A stretch of DNA of 64,000 bases. It comes from Acidiferrobacterales bacterium. GTDB lineage: Bacteria > Pseudomonadota > Gammaproteobacteria > Acidiferrobacterales > SPGG2. A program made the translations under genes and the position numbers. Below, piece after piece: positions 1-12,062 of the stretch. The stretch's first letter is position 1, and each line of letters starts with the position of its first letter. A model generated the notes under the pieces. The model worked only from the letters and a program-made list of their open reading frames with translations, searched no databases and was not told the DNA's origin. The stretch lies in NCBI GenBank assembly GCA_046759385.1, contig JBHICC010000010.1:1117-65116 (forward strand). Direction: 5' to 3'.

Positions 1-2
1 CG

Positions 3-758
3 CATGGCGCGCACAAGAGCGATCGCACGGGCATCGGGACCAAGAGCGTTTTCGGTTACCAGATGCGCTTCGATCTAAATCAGGGCTTTCCTGCAGTTAC
101 CACCAAGAAGCTACATATGAAGTCGATCATATATGAGCTGCTGTGGTTCCTGCGTGGTGATACGAACGTGCGTTATCTGCAGGAGCGCGGCGTCAGAATC
201 TGGGACGAATGGGCGGACGAGAGTGGCTCGCTCGGACCGGTGTACGGTGCCCAGTGGCGCTCGTGGCCCACACCAGACGGCCGCCAGATCGACCAGATCA
301 GTCAAGTGATCCAAGAAATCAAGGTCAACCCAGACTCGCGCCGGCTATTTGTCAGTGCATGGAACGTGGCGGAGTTGGAACGAATGGCCCTGCCACCGTG
401 TCACGCGTTTTTCCAGTTCTACGTTGCCGAAGGACGTTTGTCATGCCAACTATACCAGCGCAGCGCGGACATTTTTCTGGGACTGCCTTTCAACATCGCT
501 TCCTACTCGCTGTTGACACTGCTGGTAGCGCAGGTAACAGGAATGCGACCGGGCGAGTTCGTTCACACCTTGGGCGATGCTCACTTGTACCTAAACCATC
601 TAGAGCAGGCGCAGGCGCAGCTTGCCCGCAATCCTCGACCATTGCCGAAGATGCGCGTTAATCCGGAACGGGTCTCGTTGTTCGACTTTACTTACGAAGA
701 CTTCACTTTGCTTAACTACGATCCCTATCCGGTGCTCAAGGCACCTGTTGCTGTTTGA
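3..758 (+). CDS. thyA: Thymidylate synthase (5' end truncated by window)
   Basis: Frame is open from the window edge ([21 protein letters not shown]); motifs [25 protein letters not shown]. Confidence 0.98.
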   Translation, partial: HGAHKSDRTGIGTKSVFGYQMRFDLNQGFPAVTTKKLHMKSIIYELLWFLRGDTNVRYLQERGVRIWDEWADESGSLGPVYGAQWRSWPTPDGRQIDQISQVIQEIKVNPDSRRLFVSAWNVAELERMALPPCHAFFQFYVAEGRLSCQLYQRSADIFLGLPFNIASYSLLTLLVAQVTGMRPGEFVHTLGDAHLYLNHLEQAQAQLARNPRPLPKMRVNPERVSLFDFTYEDFTLLNYDPYPVLKAPVAV

Positions 759-787
759 GTTTTCGAGATCTCGTAGGCCAGCCATCC

Positions 788-1279
788 GTGAGCAGAGTCT
801 CCGTGATCGCTGCAATGGCCGAAAATCGGATCATCGGCGTTAATAACACGTTGCCATGGCGGCTGCCGGCTGATCTCAGGCGCTTTCGTGCGCTCACTAC
901 CGGGCACCACGTGATCATGGGACGCAAGACTTTCGAGTCGCTGCAAAACCCCCTGCCTGACCGTGCTTGCGTCATTCTTACCCGGGACAATAGCTATGCT
1001 GTTCCCGGATGTAAGGTAGTGCACTCCGTCGATGCAGCGCTCGCCGTAGCAAGCGACGATCGAGAAATCTTTGTCATCGGCGGTGCGAGCTTGTACGCAC
1101 AAACGTTGCCACAGGCAGATCGGCTTTACCTAACCGTGGTGCACGCGAACGTTGTCGGTGACAGTCGGTTTCCCGCGTTTGCGTGGAGCGACTGGTCAGA
1201 AGTGGAGCGGCAACGGCATGAACGTGACGATAATCACGTCTACGCATTCAGCTTCATCACCTTGGACCGTAAACCGTGA
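788..1279 (+). CDS. folA: Dihydrofolate reductase
   Basis: IAAMAENRIIG, LPWRLPADL, VIMGRKTFES, VIGGASLY; follows thyA. Likely GTG start at 788 (track ORF starts 755). Confidence 0.97.
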   Translation: MSRVSVIAAMAENRIIGVNNTLPWRLPADLRRFRALTTGHHVIMGRKTFESLQNPLPDRACVILTRDNSYAVPGCKVVHSVDAALAVASDDREIFVIGGASLYAQTLPQADRLYLTVVHANVVGDSRFPAFAWSDWSEVERQRHERDDNHVYAFSFITLDRKP

Positions 1280-1310
1280 GGGGTGAGGAACGAAGAGACG
1301 CAGGGGAAGA

Positions 1311-4300
1311 CTATGCGATTTGCGCAGCGAGCTCGGCAGCTTGTTTTTTCTGTTCTTCGTTGCCCTCAGCAAGGACTTCATCGAGAATGCTGCGCGCGCC
1401 TTCAGCATCCCCCATGTCGACGTACGCCTTAGCGAGATCGAGCTTGGTGGCGGTTTCATCCCACTGCTGAGAGTCGTCGGTCGGCCCAGTATCTGCAGGC
1501 GCCTCAACGGCACCGTCCACCGCCTCGGCTTCAGCAACCGCGGCTTCCGCTGCCGCCCAATCAACTTCGCTGTCGGCGGCCGCGGCGACCGGCTCTTCCG
1601 TTGCTATCTCTGCCTCGGCTTCGGGCTGACGCTCGCTGACCTCAAAGTCCACTACATTGTCGGCTGGTTCCTCGCCGAGCCCGAGCGCTTCTGCTGCTTC
1701 GCCTTCGGCTACCGCGGCGGCAATGTCCTGAGCAGCAAGCTCGTCGGTATCGCCAAGATGCGGTCCGCCATGCTTCTCCGCCTCGGCGGCCGCTTGCATA
1801 TCGAGATCGAACTCGAGATCGGTATCGGTCGGGGGCTCTACCGGTGCGGCCTCAGCCGCAACATCCAGCTCCAGGCCAGCTTCGGCTTCTGCTGGCGCTT
1901 CCATCTGGCCGGGCTCGAAATCTAATCCAGATGGTGCCTCGGGCTCAGCAGGGGCCATCGCATCCCCGAATCCCGCCTCGGGCATGGGCTCTGACATAGC
2001 GGGCGCCTCAGGCACAGGGGGGGCAACGCCCTGGAACATCGGATTCTCAGGATTGAGGCGCCGGCCCATGTCCACGACCCGGTTCCACAGGTCGCCGCCG
2101 CGCCCTTCTTGCGCCGCGTAGAGTTCCTCAGCAAGCGTTTCAAATGCGCCGACATCATTGCGCTGGTGGTAGATCTCAAGCAGTTTCACCTTGAGCTCGT
2201 GCCGTGAGGGGTCTTTGGCGACGGCGTCTTTGAGAATCTCCTCAGCCTGCTCGTCTCGTCCGTAGGCGAGATACACCTCCGTTTCAGCAAGTGGATCGAC
2301 TTCATCGGTAGAAATATTGCCCATACCACCCTGGCTAAAGTCACTGAGGAAGGAAGTATTTCCACCCGACGTTGTAGCCTGACTGCCGCTATCGGTAGTC
2401 GCGGCCTCTTCACTTGTCGCGCCGGTGTCAGTCAGTATGCTTTCCTCGAACTCGGCTTCCGCCTGCCGACGACGACGCATATAAGTAAGTAGAATCAATC
2501 CACCGACTAACGCGATGACGCCTGCCACAGCTTGTAGCATGAAATCGCCGAACATCTCCTGAACTGTCGCCAGAATGCCTTTCTCCTCAGGCGGCTTCGG
2601 TGGCGCGATGCGCCGCTTCTTCTTTTTCGGCTTGGCGGCTTTGGCGGGGGGCTTTTGGGCAGCCTTCGTTTGCGGCGACGGCTTGGCTGGAGCCGGCTGC
2701 GCCGCTGGTTTCGTCGCGGGTTTGGCCACAGACGTCGCCGCGCCCACAGTAGCCGGTGGCGTGGCCGGTTTTTCCTGCTCGGATGGCGTGCCTGGCTCCT
2801 GCGTCTGTGCCAACGCCTCGTTCTCGATTTCCATCAGGCGCTTTTGCTTTTCGATCTGCGAACCCACCGTATCGATGCGCTGACCCATTTCTTCTTGTTC
2901 CATCTGCCGAGAGTCGAGCGACTCGTCCATGGCGGTCGCGCGCTCGGCCAACGCAAGCTGCTCCTTGTCGGCCGCTGCCTCACCCTCGGCCATCCCTCTC
3001 TGGTTTAGGCTTTCACGCTCAATCGCGGCCCGCACAATCTTCAACAGATCACGCGGCGGCTTTGCTCGCGCTGCCACAGCGGCGGTTCCGATGCTTTCCT
3101 TCGGTTGGGTTTCTTTGGCCTCGGGTTGAACAGACTCTTGCTCTGACGGTGTTGCGGACGCCTCTGGCTCGATATCACGAAACGGCTCGCCACCCACTTC
3201 ACGCTTGGCCATTTGAGTCTCGGTCGATTCACCCGCAGGCACAGCCATCTGTTCAGTCGGCCCCATCGTAGAAGGCGATGTCGGCAGTGCATCCGCCGGC
3301 ACGCCTTGCGTCTCGGCCGCAGCCACCTTGATCGTTTGGCTCGCGCTGGCAAGCTTGATCTTGTACTCCTGCCATTCGCCGTATTGGGCCAGGAATACTT
3401 TGCGGGCGGCCTGCACGGATAGTGCCTCAATCTGTTCGCGCTCGGGGACAATCAGAACCTTGCCGGCCCAGACGTTGTTGACGTTGTCCTCGAAAAATGC
3501 GCCACGATTGGCTTCGAACAACGCCATGATGACCTGCTCCGTCGTGAAGCTGCCATCTATCCTTATCGTCTGCGCGATATGCCAAAGCGTATCGCCGCGC
3601 TTGACCTCATACTGGCTAACATTCGCCCAAGAGGCGAACGGCTCAGCCATCGATGCCTGCTCAGGCAGCGCTGCCATCGCAACTTCCATCGTTGTCGGCT
3701 CGGGCATCGTCGGTTCGGCTGGTTCCGCTTCGATTAGCTCCGCCGCAGCGACAACTGGCCATCCCGTATCAGGTGAAATGGCAACGCTGGGGTCACCCAT
3801 TTCGGGCGGTCCAAGCAAATCGGGCTCGACCATTGCCGCCTCTACTGGCTCGGGGGCGGCCACCGGCTCCGGTTCTGTCGTCGCCGCGAACTCCGGTATC
3901 TCCGGCATCGATTCGACAGTCCCAGCGGGTTCGGGCGGCGGCCCTAATAATAATGTCGGCTCGGGGGCCACTGCGGCCTCCGCTGTAACCTCCGGCACTG
4001 TGGGCATCGTCAAGGTTGAGGCGTCGTCCGCTGGTAGCGCAGCGGCGACAGGCGCCTCCGGCGGTGGCGCCGCTGCCGGCTCCGCTGGCGGCGGCGCAGT
4101 TATCGGTTCCGCCGGTGGTGGCGCCGCCGCTGTCTGCGGGGCCTGAACCGGCGGTGTTCTACCTGCTAAGAGGTAAGGCGGATCGATCAGCGCCGTGAAC
4201 TCGCGGATGAGTCGGCCACCGGCCCACTCCACTTGTAAGAGAAAATGCAAAAACGGTTCGCGGATCGCGTGTTCCGACGTCAGCTGCAAAAACGAACGCC

Positions 4301-4598
4301 CGTCTAGCCGCTTCGCGACCGTGAACTTGATATCAGACAGGTAGGGCAGTTTCTCAATGCCCGCGGCCTCAAAGTCGCCGCGCGGCGCGAGGGTGATGTT
4401 CAGGCTTTTCAGCTCTTTCTTATTGACCGAGGTGAAATCTATTTGCGCTTTCAGTGGCTCATTCAGTGCCGAGTCGACCGTAAGGTTTCCCAATCCCAGG
4501 GCATGCGCGACGCCTGGCATGGCTGTGAGAACTGCGCCCAAGACGCAAAGCCGTGCCGCCCGCGACATTACCCGTGTCGGTCGGTTCATTCTGATCAC
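1311..4598 (-). CDS. fimV: FimV/HubP polar landmark protein
   Basis: Signal peptide then ALGLGNLTVDSALNEPL; LysM (YEVKRGDTLWHIA); TM helix; VDPLAETEVYLAYGR; C-terminal TKLDLAKAYVDMGD; downstream of asd. Confidence 0.95.
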   Translation of the reverse strand: MIRMNRPTRVMSRAARLCVLGAVLTAMPGVAHALGLGNLTVDSALNEPLKAQIDFTSVNKKELKSLNITLAPRGDFEAAGIEKLPYLSDIKFTVAKRLDGRSFLQLTSEHAIREPFLHFLLQVEWAGGRLIREFTALIDPPYLLAGRTPPVQAPQTAAAPPPAEPITAPPPAEPAAAPPPEAPVAAALPADDASTLTMPTVPEVTAEAAVAPEPTLLLGPPPEPAGTVESMPEIPEFAATTEPEPVAAPEPVEAAMVEPDLLGPPEMGDPSVAISPDTGWPVVAAAELIEAEPAEPTMPEPTTMEVAMAALPEQASMAEPFASWANVSQYEVKRGDTLWHIAQTIRIDGSFTTEQVIMALFEANRGAFFEDNVNNVWAGKVLIVPEREQIEALSVQAARKVFLAQYGEWQEYKIKLASASQTIKVAAAETQGVPADALPTSPSTMGPTEQMAVPAGESTETQMAKREVGGEPFRDIEPEASATPSEQESVQPEAKETQPKESIGTAAVAARAKPPRDLLKIVRAAIERESLNQRGMAEGEAAADKEQLALAERATAMDESLDSRQMEQEEMGQRIDTVGSQIEKQKRLMEIENEALAQTQEPGTPSEQEKPATPPATVGAATSVAKPATKPAAQPAPAKPSPQTKAAQKPPAKAAKPKKKKRRIAPPKPPEEKGILATVQEMFGDFMLQAVAGVIALVGGLILLTYMRRRRQAEAEFEESILTDTGATSEEAATTDSGSQATTSGGNTSFLSDFSQGGMGNISTDEVDPLAETEVYLAYGRDEQAEEILKDAVAKDPSRHELKVKLLEIYHQRNDVGAFETLAEELYAAQEGRGGDLWNRVVDMGRRLNPENPMFQGVAPPVPEAPAMSEPMPEAGFGDAMAPAEPEAPSGLDFEPGQMEAPAEAEAGLELDVAAEAAPVEPPTDTDLEFDLDMQAAAEAEKHGGPHLGDTDELAAQDIAAAVAEGEAAEALGLGEEPADNVVDFEVSERQPEAEAEIATEEPVAAAADSEVDWAAAEAAVAEAEAVDGAVEAPADTGPTDDSQQWDETATKLDLAKAYVDMGDAEGARSILDEVLAEGNEEQKKQAAELAAQIA

Positions 4599-4701
4599 CC
4601 TGCTTTTTAGGCAGCTTCTACCGGCAATTATAGCTTATGATACGCGCGTTTATGGGACTATAGTATCAACAGCCTTTATAAACCCCAAATAACACTATAG
4701 T

Positions 4702-5727
4702 TTACAAATAGTCTTTCACCAAATACTCTGCGATCTGAATGCTGTTCAATGCCGCCCCCTTGCGGACATTATCGGCTACCACCCACAAGTCCAAACCCCG
4801 TGGATGGGTGATGTCCTCGCGGATGCGGCCGACGAAAACACTGTCGCACCCTGCCGACTCTGTAACCGCAGTCGGGTAGCCTCCCGGCTTACGTTCATCC
4901 ATGACCGCGATCCCTGGCGCAGAGCCTAACAGGCCGCGGGCAACCTTAGCTGTCAGCTTCTCACGAGTTTCGATGTGCACCGCCTCGGAATGGCCGTAGA
5001 AAACAGGAACCCGGGCGGTAGTCGGGTTAACTTTGATCGTGCTATCCCCAAGTATTTTCTGAGTCTCCCACACCAGCTTCATCTCTTCTTTGGTATAGCC
5101 GTTCTCCTGGAAGTCATCAATGTGGGGCAAAACATTGAACGCGATCGGCTTCGCAAAGACCTGGGGGTCGGCCGGTCGACCGTTCAGCAATGAGGCCGTC
5201 TGGGTCGAGAGCTCCTCGATCGCACCCCTGCCAGAACCGGAGACGGACTGATAGGTGCAGACGTTGATGCGCTCGATGCCGACAGCGTCGTAAATAGGTT
5301 TCAATGCCACCACCAGTTGAATCGTCGAACAGTTCGGGTTCGCGATGATGCCGCGATTCTTGTAGGCACTGATAGCGTCCGGATTAACCTCCGGCACGAC
5401 CAATGGAATGTCATCGTCGTAGCGAAACCGTGATGTATTGTCGATCACCACGCAGCCCGTCTTCGCCGCCTCGGGCGCATACTTCGCGGATACCGAAGCA
5501 CCGGCCGAGAACAAGCCGATCTGCACGCGCGAGAAATCAAATGCGGCCGCGTCTTCTACGGTCACACTCTCGCCCGCGAAATCAACCACCGACCCTGCCG
5601 ATCTCGCAGACGCTAACGCATAAACCTTGCCGACTGGGAAGCGACGCTCGGCAAGGATGGATAACATGGCCTCTCCCACTGCGCCGGTGGCTCCGAGTAT
5701 CGCAACATCGAACTTTCTAGCCATCAT
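4702..5727 (-). CDS. asd: Aspartate-semialdehyde dehydrogenase
   Basis: GATGAVG, IIANPNCSTIQ, DNVRKGAALN. Confidence 0.98.
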   Translation of the reverse strand: MMARKFDVAILGATGAVGEAMLSILAERRFPVGKVYALASARSAGSVVDFAGESVTVEDAAAFDFSRVQIGLFSAGASVSAKYAPEAAKTGCVVIDNTSRFRYDDDIPLVVPEVNPDAISAYKNRGIIANPNCSTIQLVVALKPIYDAVGIERINVCTYQSVSGSGRGAIEELSTQTASLLNGRPADPQVFAKPIAFNVLPHIDDFQENGYTKEEMKLVWETQKILGDSTIKVNPTTARVPVFYGHSEAVHIETREKLTAKVARGLLGSAPGIAVMDERKPGGYPTAVTESAGCDSVFVGRIREDITHPRGLDLWVVADNVRKGAALNSIQIAEYLVKDYL

Positions 5728-5776
5728 TGTAAATCTCGACTGCTTGGGTACTAACGTCTCATGAGAAGAAAAAGGG

Positions 5777-6859
5777 TCATGCAGCTGTTAGCGCGTTGAC
5801 AACCGCGTTACCCATCTCGCGGGTCCCGACCTGGCGGCCATTACCGCTATATATGTCGGGTGTCCGCAATCCGTTATCGAGTACACCTGATACCGCGCGC
5901 TCTACGCGCTCAGCCAGCCGGCTTTCGTCCAAAGAGTAGCGCAGCAGCATGGCCACGGACAGGATCGTAGCCAGCGGGTTTGCTATGTTCTGTCCGGCAA
6001 TGTCGGGAGCCGACCCGTGAATCGGCTCGTACATGCCCTTGCCGTTGCGGTCGAGCGATGCCGACGGCAACATGCCAATAGATCCCGTCAACATTGCCGC
6101 CGCATCAGACAGAATGTCGCCGAATAGGTTACTCGTGACGATCACGTCAAACTGCTTAGGCGCGCGAACGAGCTGCATCGCAGCGTTATCGACGTACATA
6201 TGCGTCAGCGACACGTCCGGATAATCACCGGCCACCGCAGTAACCACCTCGCGCCAAAGAATACTCGTTTCCAGCACGTTCGCCTTGTCGACGGAGCAGA
6301 CTTTACGCCCGCGCTTTCCAGCAATTCGAAAGGCGGAGTGGGCAATCCGTTTGATCTCCGACTCTGAGTAAACCAAGGTGTTGTAGCCCTGTCGTTCGCC
6401 ATTCTCTAACTCGCGCACGCCACGAGGCTGGCCAAAGTAGATTCCTCCTGTCAGCTCCCGCACGATGATGATGTCGAGACCTTTCACTACATCGGGCCTC
6501 AAGGTCGACGCGTCGACAAGCTGTGGGAATAGCATAGCCGGACGGAGATTTGAAAACAGTTCGAGCTCGGATCGCAGGCCCAGTAACGCCTTTTCGGGAC
6601 GCAGCTTCGGATCGAGCTGATCCCATTGGGGCCCGCCAACGGCGCCAAGTAAGACTGCATCAGCCTCGCGCGCAAGTGCCAACGTGGGCTTCGGCAACGG
6701 TGTACGATACTGATCGTAGGCCGTCCCACCTACGGTTGCCTGTTCGAGCTCCGCGTCGAGGCCATGTTCGCGTTGCAGGCATTCCAACACGTTGATGGCC
6801 TCGGCCACGATCTCCGGTCCGATGCCGTCTCCAGGTAATATCGCGATCTTCTTAGTCAT
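5777..6859 (-). CDS. leuB: 3-isopropylmalate dehydrogenase
   Basis: [22 protein letters not shown]; likely start MTKKIAIL at 6859. Confidence 0.98.
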   Translation of the reverse strand: MTKKIAILPGDGIGPEIVAEAINVLECLQREHGLDAELEQATVGGTAYDQYRTPLPKPTLALAREADAVLLGAVGGPQWDQLDPKLRPEKALLGLRSELELFSNLRPAMLFPQLVDASTLRPDVVKGLDIIIVRELTGGIYFGQPRGVRELENGERQGYNTLVYSESEIKRIAHSAFRIAGKRGRKVCSVDKANVLETSILWREVVTAVAGDYPDVSLTHMYVDNAAMQLVRAPKQFDVIVTSNLFGDILSDAAAMLTGSIGMLPSASLDRNGKGMYEPIHGSAPDIAGQNIANPLATILSVAMLLRYSLDESRLAERVERAVSGVLDNGLRTPDIYSGNGRQVGTREMGNAVVNALTAA

Positions 6860-6953
6860 GATGCAATGGCAATAACTCGGATACAAGATGATCTCGGCAA
6901 GATACCAACCCGTGACCTTCCTCCACCGGATCGCATATCTTGGACCTTAATGC

Positions 6954-7595
6954 TTATTTAGGAAACAGCCAGGGAGCTTCGGCGCGGTGGTGTTGCTCGT
7001 AAACCTTAATTTCGTCGGCGTGTTGCAAGGTCAAAGCAATGTCATCAAATCCGTTTAACAAAGAATGCTTGCGAAAATCGTCGACTTCAAACGCAAACGA
7101 CTCACCTGCAGGGGTTGTCACAGTCTGCGCCGACAGGTCGACGGTAAGCTGGTAGCCCGGCGTCGCTTCAACCTCGGTAAATAGCTTGTCAACCGCCCCC
7201 GCATTGAGCGCTACTGGCAGCACGCCGTTCTTGAAACAGTTGTTGTAGAAGATGTCTGCAAGACTCGGAGCGATGACTGCCCTGACGCCGTAGTTCTGCA
7301 GTGCCCACACCGCATGCTCGCGCGATGAGCCGCAACCGAAGTTCTCACGCGCAAGCAGGATCGTCGCGCCTTGATAACGAGGCGCGTTCATCACGAAGTC
7401 CGGATTGATCGGCCGCTGACTGCAGTCCATGTCCGGCTCGCCCTGATCCAGGTAACGCCAGGCGTCGAATAAGTAGGGTCCGAAGCCGGTTCGCCGAATA
7501 GACTTAAGAAACTGCTTCGGGATGATGATATCGGTATCGACATTGGACTGATCGATCGGTACGACGATACCAGTATGAGTCTCAAACTTTTCCAT
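6954..7595 (-). CDS. leuD: 3-isopropylmalate dehydratase small subunit
   Basis: [25 protein letters not shown]. Confidence 0.98.
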   Translation of the reverse strand: MEKFETHTGIVVPIDQSNVDTDIIIPKQFLKSIRRTGFGPYLFDAWRYLDQGEPDMDCSQRPINPDFVMNAPRYQGATILLARENFGCGSSREHAVWALQNYGVRAVIAPSLADIFYNNCFKNGVLPVALNAGAVDKLFTEVEATPGYQLTVDLSAQTVTTPAGESFAFEVDDFRKHSLLNGFDDIALTLQHADEIKVYEQHHRAEAPWLFPK

Positions 7596-7606
7596 CTGCG
7601 CCGCGC

Positions 7607-9016
7607 CTATTGCAGCTCTCTGACGTCCACGAAATGCCCAGTCACAGCAGCGGCGGCAGCCATCGCAGGGCTAACCAGGTGCGTACGACCGCCGGGGCCC
7701 TGCCGGCCCTCGAAGTTGCGGTTGGACGTAGACGCACAACGCTCACCCGACCCCAGGCGATCGGCGTTCATGCCGAGGCACATCGAGCAACCGGCTTCGC
7801 GCCACTCGAAGCCTGCATCTTTGAATACTCTGTCCAACCCCTCCTTCTCTGCCTGCTGCTTGATCAGTCCGGAACCCGGCACTACTAGCGCGAGTTTAAT
7901 GTTCGACGCTACCTTACGGCCGCGTACTACTGTAGCAGCAGCGCGCAAATCCTCAATGCGCGCGTTCGTGCAAGACCCTATGAACACCTTGTCGAGGGGA
8001 ACGTCAACGATCGCCGTGCCCGGCTGCAGGCTCATGTACTCGAGTGCCCTTATTATCCATGCTCTTTTTATGGAGTTGGCTTCACCGTCTGGGTCTGGTA
8101 CTCGCCCGTCTATCGGCACCACCATCTCCGGTGAAGTCCCCCAGGTAACCTGCGGTTTTATAGTCGTGGCATCTATGCGCACCTGGTGATCAAACACCGC
8201 ATCTTCGTCACTCCTGAGGTCAGCCCAAGCCACAACGGCTTGCTCCCAGAGCTTGCCCTTAGGGGCGAAGGGGCGACCACGGAGGTACTCGATCGTTGTC
8301 TCATCAACCGCAATTAGCCCGGCACGCGCACCCCCCTCGATCGACATGTTGCACACCGTCATGCGGCCTTCCATGGATAACGCGTGGATCGTGTCTCCGC
8401 CGAACTCGAATGTATAGCCGGTGCCAGCCGCTGTTCCGATCTCCCCGATGATCGCAAGCACAATATCCTTAGCGGTAATACCGAGGCCCGGCTCGCCGTT
8501 CACACTTATTAGCATGTTGCCGGATTTCTTCTGGATCAGGCATTGTGTGGCCAGCACATGCTCAACTTCAGACGTGCCGATGCCGAAGGCCAGCGTGCCA
8601 AACGCGCCATGGGTGGACGTGTGCGAATCTCCGCAAACCACGGTCATCCCCGGTAAGGTGGCGCCCTGCTCCGGACCGATGACATGAACAATCCCCTGGC
8701 GCATATCATTCATGTCAAACTCGATAATGCCGAAATCCGCGCAGTTCTTATCTAGCGCTTCGACCTGTACACGTGAGATCGGGTCATCGATCCCCCGCGT
8801 GCGGTCGGTCGTCGGAACATTGTGGTCAGCCACGGCCAGCGCGGCATCGATCCGCCAGGGTTCGCGCCCGGCAAGGCGCAATCCTTCAAACGCCTGAGCG
8901 GAAGTTACCTCGTGCACCAGGTGGCGATCTACATAGAGTAACGTGGTGCCGTCCGACTCGCTTCGCACCACGTGCGCATCCCAGATCTTGTCGTATAAGG
9001 TCTTGCCTACCATCAA
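7607..9016 (-). CDS. leuC: 3-isopropylmalate dehydratase large subunit
   Basis: [46 protein letters not shown]. Confidence 0.98.
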   Translation of the reverse strand: MMVGKTLYDKIWDAHVVRSESDGTTLLYVDRHLVHEVTSAQAFEGLRLAGREPWRIDAALAVADHNVPTTDRTRGIDDPISRVQVEALDKNCADFGIIEFDMNDMRQGIVHVIGPEQGATLPGMTVVCGDSHTSTHGAFGTLAFGIGTSEVEHVLATQCLIQKKSGNMLISVNGEPGLGITAKDIVLAIIGEIGTAAGTGYTFEFGGDTIHALSMEGRMTVCNMSIEGGARAGLIAVDETTIEYLRGRPFAPKGKLWEQAVVAWADLRSDEDAVFDHQVRIDATTIKPQVTWGTSPEMVVPIDGRVPDPDGEANSIKRAWIIRALEYMSLQPGTAIVDVPLDKVFIGSCTNARIEDLRAAATVVRGRKVASNIKLALVVPGSGLIKQQAEKEGLDRVFKDAGFEWREAGCSMCLGMNADRLGSGERCASTSNRNFEGRQGPGGRTHLVSPAMAAAAAVTGHFVDVRELQ

Positions 9017-9269
9017 TTCGTAGACGTTGTGGTTTTGTCAGTGCTTGCTGCTTAGGGCCACATTCAGTCAGCGTGCTAATCCACTATATTCAACTAGACC
9101 GTGCAGATTAGCTTACCCTACGGGGGGTTAGCAAGCACACGGGTACAGTGCGGACCCGCAATTGACGATCAGTAAAAAGTAGTTCACATTGACGGTCCGC
9201 CGCCCGACAAGCCTACGGCATAGCGGCACGACGCGAACAATGATCGGCTCCGCAGCGTACAGAGACGGT

Positions 9270-9701
9270 ATGAATTTTAGGGAGTTGATACAACACCTGG
9301 AGGACCGCATCGGGTATCACCAGATCCCGATCAATCCGGCTGCGACTGGACCCAAAGATTGGTTCGAGGGATGCCCGCTTCACCATGAGCTGATGACCGA
9401 GGTGATACGGGCGATCTATAAACAAAATGGCTGCCGCAAACTCACCGACCCGGTCGACCGAAAGAAGACGTTCAAAGCGCTATCGCCGATTCGGCTCAAG
9501 GTCCTGCACGCGGCCAACACGGATATTGATGTGTTCCACCTTGTGGAGAATCTCTGCGCCGCCATCGATCAAGTCTTCGCTGAAGGAGAACAACTCACAG
9601 CCGGACGGCGACGCAGGCGGCCTACCGACCAACCCGCCAGCAAGGCTGAGGTCGTCGATCTCGATAACTTCCGCTTTCGCCGATTTAGGTCTCTCGCTTG
9701 A
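9270..9701 (+). CDS. Hypothetical protein (143 aa)
   Basis: Fills the gap divergent from leuC; globular-looking composition; ATG 9270 after AGAGA; stop overlaps the convergent MFS gene. Confidence 0.7.
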   Translation: MNFRELIQHLEDRIGYHQIPINPAATGPKDWFEGCPLHHELMTEVIRAIYKQNGCRKLTDPVDRKKTFKALSPIRLKVLHAANTDIDVFHLVENLCAAIDQVFAEGEQLTAGRRRRRPTDQPASKAEVVDLDNFRFRRFRSLA

Positions 9702-10818
9702 TCGCCACCAAGGCGATCACTAATGCGAGCAGCGCTAGCAAGGAGGCAATCCCAAACGTGCCTTTGGGGCCTAAGCTGGACCACGTCATACCGCTGTAGA
9801 AACTACCGATCGCGCCGCCGAGCCCAAAGCTCACGCTGCTATAGATTGCTTGCCCACGCACTTGATGATGCCCCGTGAAAAACTGGTGGATCAGCGCAAT
9901 TGCCGCGGCGTGGTAGGCACCGAACGTTAATGCGTGCAGCATCTGTGCGAACACCAGCACACCAAGATATTCCGGAAAATGGCCGATTAGCAGCCATCGT
10001 AACGCAGCTACAGCGAAACTAACCCAGAGTATTTGCCGCAGTCCGACGCGCAGCTGAATTTGATGCATCAACAAAAAGACGCCGATCTCGCACACCACCC
10101 CCAGCGCCCATAGCGCGCCGATAAGAGATTTCGAATACCCAAAGTCTTCAAGATAGATCGAGTAAAAAGTGTAGTAAGGGCCATGGCTCGCTTGCATAAG
10201 AAAACACGCGGCTAAGAACGCAGCCACCTCAGCCCGAAGGAAGACTTTCAGGAACGATGAGTACTCGGCGCGTGGCTTTCGCATGTCTGATTCAGGAATC
10301 AGCAAAGTGAAACCCGAGACGAGCAGAAGCAAAGTGAGAAGGCCAGGCAACAGCCACCAAATCGGTACACGATCAAATAGCTGACCTAATCCTGTGACCG
10401 TGACGATAAACCCGATAGAGCCCCATAGCCGGATGCGCGCATAAGCTTGCGTGCGGCCAGCGAGATGATTGAGCGTGGCCGCTTCGAGCTGCGGCAGACA
10501 GGCATCCCAAAAGATCGCAAAAGCGAGCATGACGGCCGCGAGCCACCAGAACCCCGTGCTGACAAACACGCCGAGAAACGCCAACACGCTGCACGCCGCG
10601 GCGAACTGCACCAGCCCCATGTAGTTCCCGCGGACATCCGCAAACCAACCCCACACGTTTGGCGCGACGATGCGTGACAGCGCCAATAGCGCCATGAGCT
10701 GCCCGATTTCTGCCGCCGTAAAGTGAATCGACTTAAGATACAAGCCCCAATAGGGAATCAGGGCGCCAACGGTCGCGAAGTAGAAAAAGTAAAAACCCGA
10801 AAGTCGCCAGTAAGGCAT
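9685..10818 (-). CDS. MFS transporter (HcaT/MFS_1_like)
   Basis: About 12 hydrophobic segments; YARIRLWGSIGF, MQASHGPYYTFYS. Confidence 0.9.
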   Translation of the reverse strand: MPYWRLSGFYFFYFATVGALIPYWGLYLKSIHFTAAEIGQLMALLALSRIVAPNVWGWFADVRGNYMGLVQFAAACSVLAFLGVFVSTGFWWLAAVMLAFAIFWDACLPQLEAATLNHLAGRTQAYARIRLWGSIGFIVTVTGLGQLFDRVPIWWLLPGLLTLLLLVSGFTLLIPESDMRKPRAEYSSFLKVFLRAEVAAFLAACFLMQASHGPYYTFYSIYLEDFGYSKSLIGALWALGVVCEIGVFLLMHQIQLRVGLRQILWVSFAVAALRWLLIGHFPEYLGVLVFAQMLHALTFGAYHAAAIALIHQFFTGHHQVRGQAIYSSVSFGLGGAIGSFYSGMTWSSLGPKGTFGIASLLALLALVIALVAIKRET

Positions 10819-10940
10819 TAATTCAGGTACAACAATTTAGACCCAAGGTCTACGCGAGAGGATTTAGGGAATAAGACAAGCTCACGATGAAGGAGCGCAC
10901 TAGCAGACACGAAAGTTTACTGCTCCCAGAATCTGAATTT

Positions 10941-12062
10941 TTATTCGTTTGGATCTTTGTCGTCTTCCGAGCTCGCTGGTATAACTGGTGTCGTCCGCTC
11001 TACATCCATATTCTGCGCGCGATTGCGCAAAGCGTGATCCATGAGCACGATCGCAAGCATCGCTTCGGCAATCGGTGTCGCCCGAACGCCAACGCACGGA
11101 TCGTGGCGACCTGTTGTGGTAACTTCAACTGGTTCACCACGTACGTTCACTGTGCGCCCGGGCACGCGTATGCTGGAAGTCGGCTTAAGCGCCATGCTGA
11201 TGACGATGTCTTGGCCGGTGGATATGCCGCCAAGAATCCCACCGGCGTTATTGCTTAAGAACCCCTTCGGCGTAATCTCGTCCCTATGTTCGGTGCCTTT
11301 CTGCTCAACCGATTTGAAGCCCGCGCCGATCTCCACGCCCTTGACCGCATTGATGCTCATCAGTGCCTGCGCAAGGTCGGCGTCTAGCCTGTTAAATATG
11401 GGCTCGCCGAGCCCAACCGGGACATTACTTGCCAGCACCGTGATGCGGGCACCAATCGAGTCGCCCTCCTTACGCAGCCGGTCGATCAACGTTTCCATCT
11501 CCGATACCTTGGTTGCGTCGGGTGAGAAGAAGGGATTTCGCTCCACTTCATCCCAATCGAAGTGTTCCGGCTTAATTCCCCCAAGCTGCGCCAGATACCC
11601 GCGCACTTGAACTCCGTAATGTGTACGCAGATATTTCTTTGCGATCGCGCCGGCTGCTACACGTATCGTTGTTTCACGCGCGGAAGACCGACCACCGCCG
11701 CGGTAGTCGCGCACGCCGTACTTCTGCTGATAGGTGTAATCGGCATGGCCGGGGCGAAACCGGTCCATGATTTTCGAGTAATCGCGCGGTCGCGCGTCAG
11801 TGTTTTGAATCAATAAGCCAATCGGCGTCCCTGTTGTGTGCCCTTCGAACAGACCCGAGAGGATGGCTACCGTGTCCTCCTCTTGACGTTGCGTCGTATA
11901 GCGTGACTTGCCGGGCTTGCGACGATCGAGGTCTTTCTGCAGATCGGCTTCGGACAACTCGAGACCAGGTGGGCAACCGTCAACAACACCGCCGAACGCT
12001 TGGCCATGACTCTCGCCAAACGTCGTGACTGTGAAAAGCTTGCCAAAGGTGTTTCCAGACAT
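10941..12062 (-). CDS. aroC: Chorismate synthase
   Basis: Starts [20 protein letters not shown] (ATG 12062); [23 protein letters not shown]. Confidence 0.98.
   Translation of the reverse strand: MSGNTFGKLFTVTTFGESHGQAFGGVVDGCPPGLELSEADLQKDLDRRKPGKSRYTTQRQEEDTVAILSGLFEGHTTGTPIGLLIQNTDARPRDYSKIMDRFRPGHADYTYQQKYGVRDYRGGGRSSARETTIRVAAGAIAKKYLRTHYGVQVRGYLAQLGGIKPEHFDWDEVERNPFFSPDATKVSEMETLIDRLRKEGDSIGARITVLASNVPVGLGEPIFNRLDADLAQALMSINAVKGVEIGAGFKSVEQKGTEHRDEITPKGFLSNNAGGILGGISTGQDIVISMALKPTSSIRVPGRTVNVRGEPVEVTTTGRHDPCVGVRATPIAEAMLAIVLMDHALRNRAQNMDVERTTPVIPASSEDDKDPNE

Noticed and set aside
1600-4150. Ala/Glu/Pro quasi-repeats in fimV
   Set aside because: Normal low-complexity linkers of FimV; not a DNA repeat array or CRISPR.
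9017-9269. Possible leucine attenuator upstream of leuC
   Set aside because: No Leu-rich leader peptide or terminator hairpin found; only a short GCTAATC/GATTAGC inverted repeat.
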